Assembly (NCBI GenBank): GCA_964016885.1
Contig: OZ024750.1
Location: 31,806,001-31,870,000 of the forward strand
Direction of reading: 5' to 3'
Length of the DNA: 64,000 nucleotides
Origin: Eledone cirrhosa
Lineage: Eukaryota
The notes below the pieces were generated by a model. It saw nothing but the letters and a program-made list of their open reading frames with translations. It was not told where the DNA came from and did not search any database. The position numbers and the translations under genes were made by a program. Every line of letters starts with the position of its first letter. Within the stretch, counting starts at the first letter, position 1. Below, in pieces: positions 1-16,120 of this stretch.

Positions 1-824
<824 letters not shown>

Positions 825-1102
825 GAGAGAGACCAATATTCACCACCACGTAGTGAAATATAATAGTAGTTGAATAAATCGAGTAAAGTAGTCCTGATGA
901 CGGCAAAGGATGGATGAAGAAGCAATCGCACAATGAAAGCAAGTATCTCTCGTATCCCTGTTGTGCACTATATATACAGATAATTTTCAGTTAATTTATA
1001 TCTATCCATAACCAATATTTTCCTGATTTGCTCTGTGGCTTGAGTTACAAATGATCTCCAGATATTCGAATTTCATGTTGTATTGAATTATAATCATAAT
1101 AA

Positions 1103-2170
1103 AATTGTTTCGACTTTTGGCACAAGGCCAGCAATTACCCCAGTGCATTACTGGTACTTTATTTCATCGACCCCGTAAGGATGAAAGGTAAAGTTAACCT
1201 TGGCGGGATTTGAACTCAGAATGGCTAGGGCCGTAACTCTATGCGTCAAAGCATGGCGTCCGACCCTCTACCGATACTGCCAATCCACCGCCTTTTATAA
1301 TCATTATTATGTTCAAATCCCGCCGAGGTTGACTTTGCCTTTCATCCTTACGGGGTCGATAAAATATAGTACCAGTAATGCACTGGGTATTTGCTGGCCT
1401 TGTGCCTAAATTAGAAACAATTATTATTGTGAATTGGCAGTATCGGTAGAGGGTTGGACGTCATGCTTTCTAGCATAGTTACGTCCCTTTATGGTCTGAG
1501 TTCAAATCCCGTCGAGGTTAACTTTGCCTTTTATCCTTATGAGGTCGATAAAATAAAGTACCAGTAATACACTGGGTAATTGCTGGCCTTGTTCCAAAAG
1601 TAGAAACAATTATTATTATAATCATAGGGCGATGGATTGGCAGTATCGGTAGAGGGTCGGACACCATGCTTTCCAGCATAGTTACGTCCCTTTTCGATGT
1701 GAGTTCAAATCCCGCCGAGGTTGACTTTGCCTTTCATCCTTACGGGGTCGATAAAATAAAGTACCAGTAATGTACTGAGTATTTGCTGGCCTTGTGCCTA
1801 AAGTAGAAACAATTATTATTATAATCATAATATAATAAAGGGAGGAGTGCGGGACTGTGTCCTGAATATATTTTTTTATCCCGTTAGTAAAATAATTTGA
1901 ATTACTTTGTATAAATAATGAATGAATATTACATAATTTATCTACTAAATTTCGTAGCTGTTGATTAAACATAAATATTCGTACATATAATTGTTTCTAC
2001 ATTTGGCACAAGGCCAGCAATTATATCAGTGTATTACTGGTACTTTATTTTATCGAAGGATGAAAGGCAAAGTTAAACCCGGCTGGATTTGAACTCAGCC
2101 AATAAAGAGCCGTAACTCTTTGCTGCAAAGCAAGGCATCTGACCCCCTACCGATACTACCAATCCACCAC
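1103..2170. mobile_element. cluster of five tRNA-derived SINE copies (family 1): ~1103-1292(-), 1311-1425(+, 5'-truncated), 1432-1615(+), 1627-1818(+), 1989-2170(-)
   Basis: A box TGGCAGTATCGG, B box GAGTTCAAATCC, shared core GCCTTTCATCCTTACGGGGTCGATAAAATAAAGTACCAG, tail AGAAACAATTATT. Confidence 0.9.
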
Positions 2171-3299
2171 CCAATCTTACATATAATGATTGCCTATTTT
2201 ATGATCCACTTCTTTTAAATTTACAAATGTCAATACTTCCAGTTATGGTATAACGTACCCTATATCATATCGCTTATATAAACGTTCATACATTTGCATA
2301 GTTATATCATAACTTTTATATTTCTGTCGCTAATTTCCTCCTTTTTCGTTTTCATTACATGTCACCGTAATGCAGTTTATATATAATATCGTCTTTTTTA
2401 AATGAATCATGGATTACTTTACTGATTACAGAATTAAGTGCAACACAGTCTCTCATCAATTTCTGTGCATATTGTCAATTACGATTTTATTTGATGTATC
2501 ATATCTACATGCATGTATATGTATGTATAGCATCAATATGCATACTCCACATGCTAGCAGAAAAACACACTTCAGGTGTTTTTCTGTTAGTTTGATTAAT
2601 ACGGCTTCTACATTTTGACGTTTGAAATTTGTTTCTAAATTCTAATTTTAGCCAAATTTAATATATTAGTGTTATTACATATGGTTTAATACATTTACTC
2701 CATAAGTGAGAAAATAATCTTATTTTAGATGCTTTATATCGAATGAATGATCATAGAATATGGTACAACTGGACGAGTAGCCATTTTGATAAAATATTAA
2801 TGCATATTATATATTTTCCTTGGTTTAATATCTATATGTATACAGCTGGCCATACATCATCATATATTTCATCTTTATCGGTACGAAATACAATAACAAA
2901 TTTGTTACTATTGTTTACTATATAGGTTTTATATAACAAATTTGTTACTATTGTTACTATATAGGTTTAGAAATTGTATCCATTTAGTTTCATTTATTTA
3001 TGCGATAGTAATCAGCTGTAGTTCAACTAACATTAACAGTTCAGAAACATAGCTAAATGGTCAGAGCGAGTTATGTCACTAACTATATGTGATCCAGTTG
3101 CATTTTATATGATAAAAGATGTGCTGACTGAAAGAAGATACTTTTGAAATTACACAAACCTGTTAATTGAAATCTGTTAAACTTTACAAGAAAAAGCTAG
3201 AATAATTTCTTTCGTTTGAGTCATTGAACATGAGATATACGAACAAACATGTATACGAACATACATGAACATAGATGACAAAACATTCGTTTGTTTATA

Positions 3300-4484
3300 C
3301 AGGGTGGTGCCGGTATTTGAGGGCAGATTTGTGATTTTAAAGAAACGCTTATATAATAACAGAAAAAAACTGTATTCTTATAAAAATAACAGAAAGCTAA
3401 ATTATCAATTTAATAATTTCTTTCAATAAAACTAACATAAGCATCAATAACTGCCTCTACATGGGGTCGAAATCACTTACAAGCTCGGATTAAATGGTCT
3501 CTGTTCATATCGGACATGACTCGAACTATGGCGGTTTTCAAAGAATATTTGGTGCTATCCGGGTGTTAATTGACATTTTCCACAACGATGCTCCATACAT
3601 AGTTGTCCAGTGGATTGACATCTGGAGAATTAGGAGGCCAAATGTCGGGGATGATGTGATCATGCAAATTGTCGGTCATCCATTCTTGTGTCATTTGAGC
3701 CTTGTGTGATTGTGCAGAATCTTGTTGAACGTCAATATACGCAGCACGATTCACCCTAAGGCCTTGTAGAAAAAGGTGAGGAGGTATCACATGTACTTCA
3801 TTGCTAACAAAACCCAAAACCATGACACTTGCAGGAAATTTTGTGTTTATTACTCTTGGAACTTCAGAAGGGTCTGCACGTAGCCGCCTATCATTTATGT
3901 TAGTTTTCTGGTCCTGACCTCATCTGAGAAAAACCAAATCACACCATCTTCTGATGGATTTTTAAATTTGTTCAAAAGTCTTTTGGATCTGATTAAACAA
4001 TTTTCTTTTGTTATTCTGACATGAATTGGCCTCTCCTCATCACGTAAGATTTGTATCTGTCTTCATGCACAACATTTCTGATTGTTTTTTCTGACACACC
4101 AACATTTTTTACAATTGGTCTCATTGATTTTCCTGGAGTGTCATCAACGTTTTGCTTAACTTCCTGAATAAATTCAGGTGTTGTCCTGATAGAATCAGAG
4201 AGTTTGGAATGTTATTACGTTTTCATACAGGTAATACACTTCCATTTTCTGTCTCTAACTCACACCGAATCTTGTGGACAAAAGATCTTGCAACTTTCAG
4301 AAAACAAGAAATTTCTAAATCACCGTGCTTAGCCTTCAAAGCCACAACCACAGAAAGCCTTTTCATTTCATTAGTAATCATAGTTATTTTCATTGTTATT
4401 TTCTGAAATAGAAGTTCAATGAAAATTAGTCAAATAAAATAATGACTAAAAATGCATGTGTCCTCAAATACCGTCCGCACTCTG
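3300..4484 (-). mobile_element. decayed Tc1/mariner-superfamily transposon, DD37D (maT-type)
   Basis: Degenerate TIRs CAGGGTGGTGCCGGTATTTGAGGGCA / TGTCCTCAAATACCGTCCGCACTCTG with TA flanks; ORF 3566-3823 has QQD-x37-D and WPPNSPDVNPLD. Confidence 0.85.
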
Positions 4485-5687
4485 TAATAGGCATATAGAG
4501 CTTGTAAGGCGATCAATCTATTGTCACATTCGTCAGAATGCTAGATAGAATGTTTTGCAGCATTGGTTCCGACTCTTTGCTCTTTGAGTTAAAATCCTGT
4601 CGAGGTCAACTTTGCCTTTCATCATTTCGAGGTCGATAAAAAAAGCACGAGTCCAGCACTGGAGTCGATTGTTCCTCTATATTTGTTTCTCATTTTCTCT
4701 CTCTTACTCTGAATCCTTCTCTGGAAGGAAACTGTTATGTTCAGACCTGGAGAGGCTCCGTCAGGTGTAAGAATGCCAAAGAAACGCTGCGTACCACCAT
4801 GGTGTCCTATGAGTCCATAAGGAGTTACGGGGTCATACCAGGAGAAATCTCTTTTGATGTGGGAGAAACAAGCAACCTGTATCTGTGCAATTAGAGCTGT
4901 ATTTATTTACTATAATATTTTAAAATCTACTTTTGTTCTTCTTACATCATTGATATGTTTTCTATATATTTACTCTATCCAGGATTACGCTACGGTAAAT
5001 TGATATAATCGTTACGATGTCTTGCAGTATTCTTTCTGGTTCTTTGCAGCGACCAACATTGCGTTTCAACGTTTCCAATCGATGCCAAAGTACCAGATCA
5101 GAACTGAGCTCGTTACTTCCTCTATATCTTTTTTTAAAAATTCCTCTCTATCTCTCTAAGTCTTGTTCTCTGCAAGAAATCGATTGTATTCCGTCATGGA
5201 AATATGATGGTTTCCACCTGGTTTAAACTGTCACAGACACATATGTCCTTATGTCACCCCTACGTCTCTATCAGGAGTTACGGATCCATTATCATCCCAT
5301 CGAGGGCGATGACAAGTACCAGTCTAGTACTGAGTTCGATGTTTCTCTATATCTCTTACTTACTTTCTTTCACTCTTTATCCTTCTTTGGAAGAAATCTG
5401 CTGTATTCAGACCTGGAGAGGGATGGGGTCCACCAGGTCTAAAATTGCCCTAGAAACGGTGTATGTCAATATGCCGCACCTATGACTCCTTCAAGATTTA
5501 CGGGATCATACATCATGCATGCATACCAACATAGATAAATGATTAAAAAGATATTAATTTTGGCGTTCTTAAATTTAAGTTAGCGTTGTGTTTTAGGATA
5601 AAGAAGTTTTGTTTGGCAATTTATTGATTGATTCCTGAGTAACTCCTGAATATTATCAACAAACGCCTTTTAAATGTTGGTATAATA

Positions 5688-6010
5688 CGACAGGCGGCTG
5701 AAAAGTTCATAGGCTGACAAAGATTCACTCATGGAATCACCAAATGAGGTTTATTTTTCAACTAGTCCCTGGGAAGAAACAATACAATTATTAATAAGAT
5801 GAGTTGATTTCACAGCTGTAACATCATTACTTCATAGACTGACGAAGATACTCACATGGAATGTACAAATGAGGATTACTATTCAACATAGTCCCTGGCA
5901 AAGAAACAATGCAGTTATTAAAATGACTTGATATTAATGCCATGCAAAATTTCATAGCTCAACCTTCACTGCTTCAAAGTCATCCTATGAACGTTTTAGA
6001 CCACGCTCGT
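5688..6010. mobile_element. mariner-like MITE relic with an internal ~125-bp duplication
   Basis: Ends CGACAGGCGGCTGAAAAGTTCATAGG and CCTATGAACGTTTTAGACCACGCTCG are imperfect inverted repeats flanked by TA. Confidence 0.5.
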
Positions 6011-6705
6011 AGTTTCATTACAACTGTTTCTTTCGCTTGGTTGAATTTTGCTTGTAGGTACAAGTTAGTGCCGAAGTTAAGTAGTGTAGGTTCGTCAATG
6101 TTAGATTTGTAGATTTGTATCGTGATACGCTAAATAATTCATCTTACACTGTGGGTAGAATGATATGTACAAGTTTATGTCTTCCAAATTCTATTCACAT
6201 TTCGGTAATCAATCAAACATCAACATGTGTTTGATAATTCCCATCGATAAATCAACTAAATGACGTAGATACCAATGAACAGCTCCCAACTTATGGATCC
6301 CGCCGACTCCCCACCTAACGGTAATTCATGGCTCAGTATGATTTCACAACAACCCTATATATAAGCCATATACTAGATTAACATATTTTTACTTGCGCCA
6401 AAACCTGTGACTATGGTGCAACACTCGAACCCGGAGCCGAGATGTTTTACGAAAACACATTTTAACCGGAAACACGTATTGTATATACTCCAAAAGAAAT
6501 GAAAGCTAGGTTGACCTTCACAGGATGGACTTGATTCCACTGTCTCAAAGACCGTAAATATATATATCGTTAAGAAATCTGCTTCATTTCAACCTATAGT
6601 AATATCGATTCTCCTTCTCACTGTGTTCAGTAAAATATACTACAACTAATAAAATAAGTTGGAAACAGAACGGATATTTTAGCAGCCACAGTAATTACAG
6701 AACAT

Positions 6706-6892
6706 TTCTTCTTCTTCTTCTTCTTCTTCTTCTTCTTCTTCTTCTTCTTCTTCTTCTTCTTTTTCTTTTTCGTCATTTTCTTCTTTTTCTTCTTTTTCTT
6801 CTTCTTTTTCTTCTTCTTCTTCTTCTTTTTCTTAGTTATTATTACCATCAACATCATTATCACCAGTAGTAGTAGTAGCAGTAGTAGTAGTA
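6706..6892. repeat. (TTC)n and (AGT)n microsatellites
   Basis: Direct reading. Confidence 0.95.
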
Positions 6893-9044
6893 ATTGTAAA
6901 GATACGAAACAAAACGTTTAAGTAGAAAAAAAAGGAAGTAAAGAATAAAATGCATGTTGTAATATGACGCAACAAGTTAAGTTATCCATCTGCTTTGCCA
7001 ATTTAAGACCTAAGTATGGCAACATCTCTTTCTGCATAAGTAACTTTCAATATTGCTCTACGTTCAGATAGTTACCAGAGTAAACCAGTTATCAATGTAT
7101 TTGTATAGTTATACTTGGGAACAGTTGCTATAAAAAAACCATCTATGACTATGTATATTTATATGCAGCAACATTTTTGGCCCTGAATTATGTTCTCATT
7201 TTCTTAGTGGTGGGAGTCTATTTGCATCAGTCACTGAACCTGCTTAAAAACTGTCCATCAAATAACAACTTCTGCTGTATTTATTATATAAAAACATAGC
7301 CCATGCTTTTAAGATGTCTGTCGGAAAAGTATCTGACTGTTGTCATTGTTTTATGTCATTTTAGCCGAACATTTTATGCAGGAGCAACCAAAGTGTTACC
7401 GTTTTGTCCAAATGTAAACATATAATACATCAGAATAATTATTTCATTCGTGACTACCTGTAAAGTATATACAGGTTTCTCACTTTGCCAGTAAGAAAAT
7501 ATTGGTTTCTGATTTAGGCACAATACCAACACTTTATGGGGATGGGAAATCGATTAAATCGATTCCAGTGCATTAGTGGTACTTTGTCTTATCAAACCTA
7601 TAACGATGAAACCCAAAGCTAGCCTCGGCGGGATTTGAACTCAGAATGTAAAGGTACATAACTATATGTCATGCATGTTACTACTACAATATGACAGAGG
7701 GAAGATTATTCAGAATAATTCATACAAAGGGATAAGACTCTAGTGGACGAATAATTATTTGTTGAAAATATAACAGAAAATATAACTTAATAGCAAATAT
7801 TTTCTAACAGAAAACAAAGCTAGTCTCGGAGTTTAAATCCCGCCGTGGTCAACTTTGCCTTTCATCCTTTCGAAGTTGATAAAAAGGTATCTTTCATACT
7901 TCTTTTCTTCCATTTTCTATTTTCTATTCTTCTCTGGAAGAAATCATCTGTATTCAAACCTGGATAGGAGATAAACTCCGCCAGGTTTTAAAATGCCCTA
8001 GAAATGCTGAATGTCAATGCGGCACACACACGAATCCCTCACGAGTTAGGGAACCATACATACATTACGATAGAAAGAATTTGTGAGAAATTACTATATA
8101 TAGGTAATTTCGTTCACTGAGTAAAAAATTGGCAATTTTTGTCAAATATTTTCTTCTCTAAAAGGAATATTATATAAATAGCCTTGATCTTACTTGTCTA
8201 GAATTGACTACATTGTGGAGACATGAGGCTTAAAGAGTTAGGTTGTTTCGGTTCAGGATCTCTAGGTCACGTATTCAATTCATGCCTGCACGTGGCGGCA
8301 CGTTGTGATTTTTAGCAATATGCTATATTTACCGTTGTTCCCATGGTCTGAAGACTTATCTCAGTCTACTGTATTAACGACATCGAAAGGTCTAGTAACA
8401 CAAAAAGTAATCTGTTACTGAGTTCATCTCTCGTTTCTCCACACCAAGATCAGACGGAGCCTCCTCTTTCAACAGAAAAGATCGAACAAAATATTAATAG
8501 AGGCTTGCTCCAAATCCAAAATTTGAGGAAATCGCATGAACATATGGGAAAGTTTAGAGATCCATGTTGTGTAAATTATTGTAAATAATCACTAGACGAT
8601 ATTATAATTCAGTAATGTTCAGAGAATATATTCTTCTAATTAGAATAACAATAGCAACAGAACTATAACAGACAACATTCAAATATAAAATAAAACGATT
8701 CATTCTAACTAACCCTTGAAATTAGTCCTAGTTTGGATTTGATAGTTTGCCAGTTTACACTCATGAAATATATTAAGAATTTAGGGCACGTATTATCTTA
8801 ATGTTTAATTCAAGATACTGCACTGCTAAATTTAAATAATTCATTAAAATCCTTAATAAGATGGAAAATATGAAAATATGTCTAGTGTTATATTTAAAAA
8901 AAAAAAAGATATGATAAGAACTCCGATTTTTTGTTGTGTGATTCCGAATAAATAAAAATCCTCTTCTTCAAACACCAATACGATTAGTAATTTGTTTTGA
9001 AAATATTGAGTATTTTGTAAATTTAGCATAACTAAAGGAAACAG

Positions 9045-9046
<2 letters not shown>

Positions 9047-9130
<84 letters not shown>

Positions 9131-9155
9131 TCTCTCGCTCGCCCCTCTCTCTCTC
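9047..9155. repeat. (CT)n microsatellite
   Basis: Direct reading. Confidence 0.95.
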
Positions 9156-10057
9156 GCAATTGCATCAATTTTTTGTAAGTGTCATGGAGTTGAGATATTT
9201 CCGGCTCTGAGTTAGAATAAATACGCATAACATCCCAATAAAAGGTATCGTTAAAATGTAACATTACTCGATACAGTGCGTAGCTTGGGGATCAGAATGT
9301 CGCTACTTTTCCGAATTGAGAGATCACAGTTCTGATACTATGAGAAAGTGGCTAGAATGTCTTAGGTAAGAATATCTGGACATATTTTGTGGGCAAATCC
9401 AACCGACAACTGACCTAGATGTAGACCACGAGCAAAATGTTTGGATAACATCGATGACCTTGATTCAGCCAGCCGAATCAGTTGCAGATGGTTGCTTCTG
9501 ACAGGACCCAGTAAGGGAATTGTTTGAGGCCTCTGCTCCCACGACCCTCGCATGAATAAGTGAGAGATGAAGAGGGAGGAGGAGGTTCACATTCCAGATA
9601 GTCCAAGTAGGCATTTCAACGCTTGGAGAGCGATAAGTAAAGTATGAGTGAAATACCGAGGTAGATACTTCTCTTTCTTTCTACTTTTTTCTTTCTCTCC
9701 CTCTTCCACTTTCTCTCACACTCTGTAAGGAATCAGCCCCTATATTTAAAACTAGCTGCAGTACCCGGTAATAACCGGAAAAGGTGGGGTTATTCGCAGT
9801 TCCCAGAGTGCGCCTGAAAATGCTAGCGAACCTGGGTGCCCATACTGGATTTTCAATAGCAACCTTTGCTAGGTGTGTTTATGGCAGATCAATTTTTTGT
9901 GTGGAACTATCAATAGCGGTTTAGGTCATAAGTCCTTCTTCCATCCAGCTTCCTTCATTCAGAGTGACTAAGCCGGGGAAATTCGTCTTGCTCTTTCATG
10001 TGCTGCTCTGTTTGCAGCTGTGCGAACTTCTCTTTCTCTCTCTGTAGACGTCTGTGA

Positions 10058-10150
10058 TACCATTTACACCAACACATGATGTGTTGGTGTAAATGGTAGC
10101 ACAGTGGTCCGGATAACCAAAGATGTGGGTTTGACTCCCATGTACGTCAA
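10058..10150 (+). pseudogene. tRNA-like head (SINE or tRNA pseudogene) with a perfect 20-bp-arm palindrome at its 5' end
   Basis: A-box-like TGGTGTAAATGG and B-box-like GGTTTGACTCC; palindrome at 10058-10098. Confidence 0.5.
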
Positions 10151-10296
10151 TACTTATCTTTTTCCATTTCTCCGAGGGTTCTAAACCCCACTATCGTGCT
10201 AAATAATTTCTTTAATTTCTTTAGTCAAAATACGGTGATAGCTTACATTTATAATAATTTCATATATATATAAAATGAAGAAGTACACATATCTCT

Positions 10297-10926
10297 ACAC
10301 GAGTATAGATACAAGTATAGATACATACATACGTACAGAGTGTCCAACTTATACTGAGTTTGGTTCAATGAAAGAGTTAATATAATTAACAGATTCAGAG
10401 CCTAATAATACCAAATATAGAAAAAGCAAACAATTTTTAAAAAATATCTTTACTTACTCCCTTTAATGTCCCTACTACAGTTTCATTAGGAATATAACGT
10501 TACTCTGAGTAGAGTATCGCGAGAAATCCTAAATCTTCAGCAGACTTTCCCTGTCCCGAAATAAAATTCAAGACAAGAATTCCCAGCCGTTCGCTGTCTG
10601 TGAACATTTCGAGTGAAAGAAATGTCACGTGACAAGTGACCAGCAGAAGGCTAGCAGAGTGGATTATGGCAGGCAATGTGCTACAAGAAAGCAGTTCGAT
10701 TCGGCCATATTTTAACTCTACCATATACACGAGTATAGATACAATTATAAATACATACGTACCGAGTGTCCAACTTACACAGAGTTTGGTTCAATGAAAT
10801 AGTTAATAAACTTAACAGATTCAGCGTCTAATAATATCAAATATGGAAAAAGCAAGCAAGTTGAGAAAAAAATCTTTACTTACTCACTTTAATATTCCTA
10901 CTACAGTTTCATTAGGAAAATAACGG
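10297..10926. repeat. diverged ~200-bp direct repeats (10297-10500, 10727-10926) around a ~225-bp spacer
   Basis: Shared ACACGAGTATAGATACAA...CCTACTACAGTTTCATTAGGAA. Confidence 0.85.
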
Positions 10927-11107
10927 TAATATATATTATATAAAATAGTAAAAAAGGAAAAAAAGGTAGAAAATACTAATGGATTTTCTGATAGAATAAC
11001 AGCAAAGCATTTATTTATAAAGAAGAAATTTATCGTACCGATTTCATCCACGTGGGAATCCTCATACTACGGAAGTGTATAATAACATTTATAATGGATT
11101 TAAGTTG

Positions 11108-11171
<64 letters not shown>

Positions 11172-12936
11172 AGCTGTAATAATTCTTTCTTCTTCTATAT
11201 ATGTCTGTTTTCCCGTTCGAAAACTATCTTTTATGAATTCTCTCTCTCTGTCTCTATGTATATATATATAAACTATGTAATTAACATAGATTAATAGCCT
11301 CACCAACCTCCAATTGGCTAAGTGTGGTGAGTACGACTACAATTCTGACATGACCAAAAACCAGGGATCTGAATTGGAATGGATTGGATTATATACGTAC
11401 AGCATATATACGTACCCGATATGATGTAAAATCTATCCATTATTTCAACAAAACTACTGGTAAATGCACATTCCAAAATATCCATATATTGCGCCTGATA
11501 ATGTTGGTATCACTTAAAGTGTTGTGGCATTACCCCAGAGCAGTTTGGCTATATTAGATATAATATTTCAAGTTACATACTACTGTAAATCACCTACTCC
11601 ATTAGCAATCGAATCCTTATCTGCTTATTGTTAGTTTCTCCGTTTATAATCCCATTTATGCTTTATTTTATTATTATTCCGTTTATCACGTACACGTATT
11701 ACGGGTGAGAATATAACTTATGAAGGATATAACGTATGATTTGATAATATTCGCTGATATCACAACATATTCGATATATTTCATAACTACAACTTCTTGC
11801 AGATTTCATTAATGTAGGATGGTACTGAAATCAAATTGTAACAATATTTGATGGCTAATAACATTTATACACAGTAGGTTATGGAAACATATCTGTGATG
11901 TTGTATGCGTGTAGCTAGGCGATTTGAATCGATTCTAGAGTTTTAATTTATGTAGATGAATGAAATGATGAAGTGCAGCAAACATCAAATGTAATACACA
12001 ATATGAAATAGTCATTTGATACATGGGTTACAGTGGTAGTAATAGATATATGTTATTGAATTCAAAGAAAGAGAACATATTTTAATAGTGACCTATTGCT
12101 ACGAATAATAATCATAGAATTGTAAAGATGAATTATGATATCCAAATCTTTATTTATTAGAAACTGTTAAATTATATTGAATGCAAAGTTTGTTTAGCTA
12201 AATAAATATTTCGAATCTAAAAGTGGTTTAAATATTTAGATTGTTAAATTACTGGTATATTTGATAGAATAATCATTGCCATGATTCACTACAGTGCCTT
12301 TGATCTTAGATTGGATAAACGTTTCTAGGCCTTCACAGATTTATAGAAATCGTCTAGATACATATATTTTCTTCGTTGGAGGTTAGTATGCATTGCTATC
12401 AATGTAAATATATAGCCAAAACAAGTTTAATTATACATTTTTAATATGTTTGGGGTTTTTTTTCTCAACAATGTAGCCAATTACTGCCGTTGCTCTGCAG
12501 AAGTATTTGAATTGGAAGTATGTCAGATAAAAGTTGGCGTACTCTATTATTTATAGAATTGCTTTAAATATGTACATATAACGTAGAATTCAAAGGAGTT
12601 GGCAGGATATAATACAGGTCAGTAATATTGTATGATCTCAACTATTTCACAATTAACAGAGAGAACGTATCGCAACTTGTTCTTCTCATTCCGACTGAAC
12701 TCTGTATACCCTACGCTACGTGCCAACAATTATATTAAAACCTGTTGAGGGAGTGAGGAACCCCACATATATGACATCAAACTAACCATCATTTCTGTTT
12801 TCACTGTTTCCATATAACGACAACTATTGATGTTAGATATTCAAGCAAATTACATTTACATTGATTCCGGAATGAAACAATAGGTGTGTATGTATGTATG
12901 TATGTATGTATGTATGTATGTATGTATGTATGTATG

Positions 12937-12965
<29 letters not shown>

Positions 12966-12967
<2 letters not shown>

Positions 12968-13500
12968 TCTCTTTCTTTTAATTTCGAGTATATTTTTGAA
13001 CGGCCACCTTCCTGGTGGCAAGGCTGTAAAAGAAATGAAATTGTCATCCCTTTAATCGCAAGAATGTTTTGCAAATTTTGAAGGTGCCACCTATCGCAGC
13101 CATTTGTAGACTATGAATTAGGGAGCTGCGCTCTTTGTCCGCAAATACAAGTTCAGTTATACATTGGTCCAAACGGGTTGGTATATAACCCGTAGCTCCA
13201 ATAATGATGGGTAAGAAGCTAAAGGTGTATCTTGGATACTGGATTTGGAAACTCCTCATCAATGGTCCGTAGATGTCCTCCTTCTCCTGTATTTTTCTGA
13301 CAACGTTTTACATCAAGTGGGCAGTTGATCTCCACAACAGAACAGGTTTTCAATGTGTGGTCCCAAACAACAATATCAGGCCGGTTGTGCTTTAATTTGG
13401 TGGCAGTTTTTATTTTCAGGTTCCACCACTTAGTGCCATCTGTCCCAATATATTCTTCCTCGTTTCTTGTTAATTTTGTTTTCCGAAGTGCGTTCCAGAT
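12966..13500 (-). mobile_element. 3' fragment of a restriction-like-endonuclease non-LTR retrotransposon (R4/Dong-like)
   Basis: [20 protein letters not shown] (PD-(D/E)xK-like RLE motif) and PIIIGATG; frameshifted; 3' end abuts (TACA)n at 12888-12965. Confidence 0.85.
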
Positions 13501-13504
13501 ATAT

Positions 13505-15380
<1,876 letters not shown>

Positions 15381-16026
15381 AATAAGATGTCACACATTAT
15401 ACCACCTCCATATATATATATGTATATATATATATGGAGGTGGTATAATGTGTGACATCTTATTACCACGTATGCTATTGCTTGCTTGCAGCTGCTTTCC
15501 ATTTCTCTTTAAACACACTGTATCACAAGCAAATCCTCTCAAAATAACAAAGACATTGCGCATACGAATATGGAGACATCAAATCTACAAATCTAACCCA
15601 CACAATGCACTTTAACGTTACTAGCTAGCATTAGATTTTAAAAGCGATCTTATACGCCTCCACACACTGTCTCTCAGATAAATACTCATAACACACCACA
15701 TCTTTATAATGTATATATAACATTTGTACATATGCATAAATGGAGCACTTGATATATACGTAACTCCAAATGCATATACAAAGATTAATCACTTTGTGAT
15801 ACATAATTATAGTTATTTCCAAATAATTAGTTAAACTGTCATCAGAAAATCAATACACTACCTGTGTTAGAAATCTACATACAAACCTGACGTTTATTTT
15901 TAATTCAAACTCACACACTCACACACATACACACTTACACACACACAAGCATACTCACTCACACTCATACATACATATGCATATATATACAAATACACAC
16001 ACACACACACATACACACACACACAT

Positions 16027-16073
<47 letters not shown>

Positions 16074-16120
16074 TATATAGTAACTATGTTCATAAGCACA
16101 CGCTCTTGCTTTATCTACAA

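Noticed and set aside
888-950. CTGATGA...GAAA near the end of a TA tract
   Set aside because: No convincing stem I or stem II could be formed.
1432-1520. tRNA genes at SINE heads
   Set aside because: A/B boxes run into the SINE core with no acceptor stem or cloverleaf.
11031-11070. Minus-strand AUGAGGA-UUCC(CACGU)GGAU-GAAA-UCGG-UA hammerhead-like motif
   Set aside because: Core C3 is altered and stem I does not pair; at best a decayed relic.
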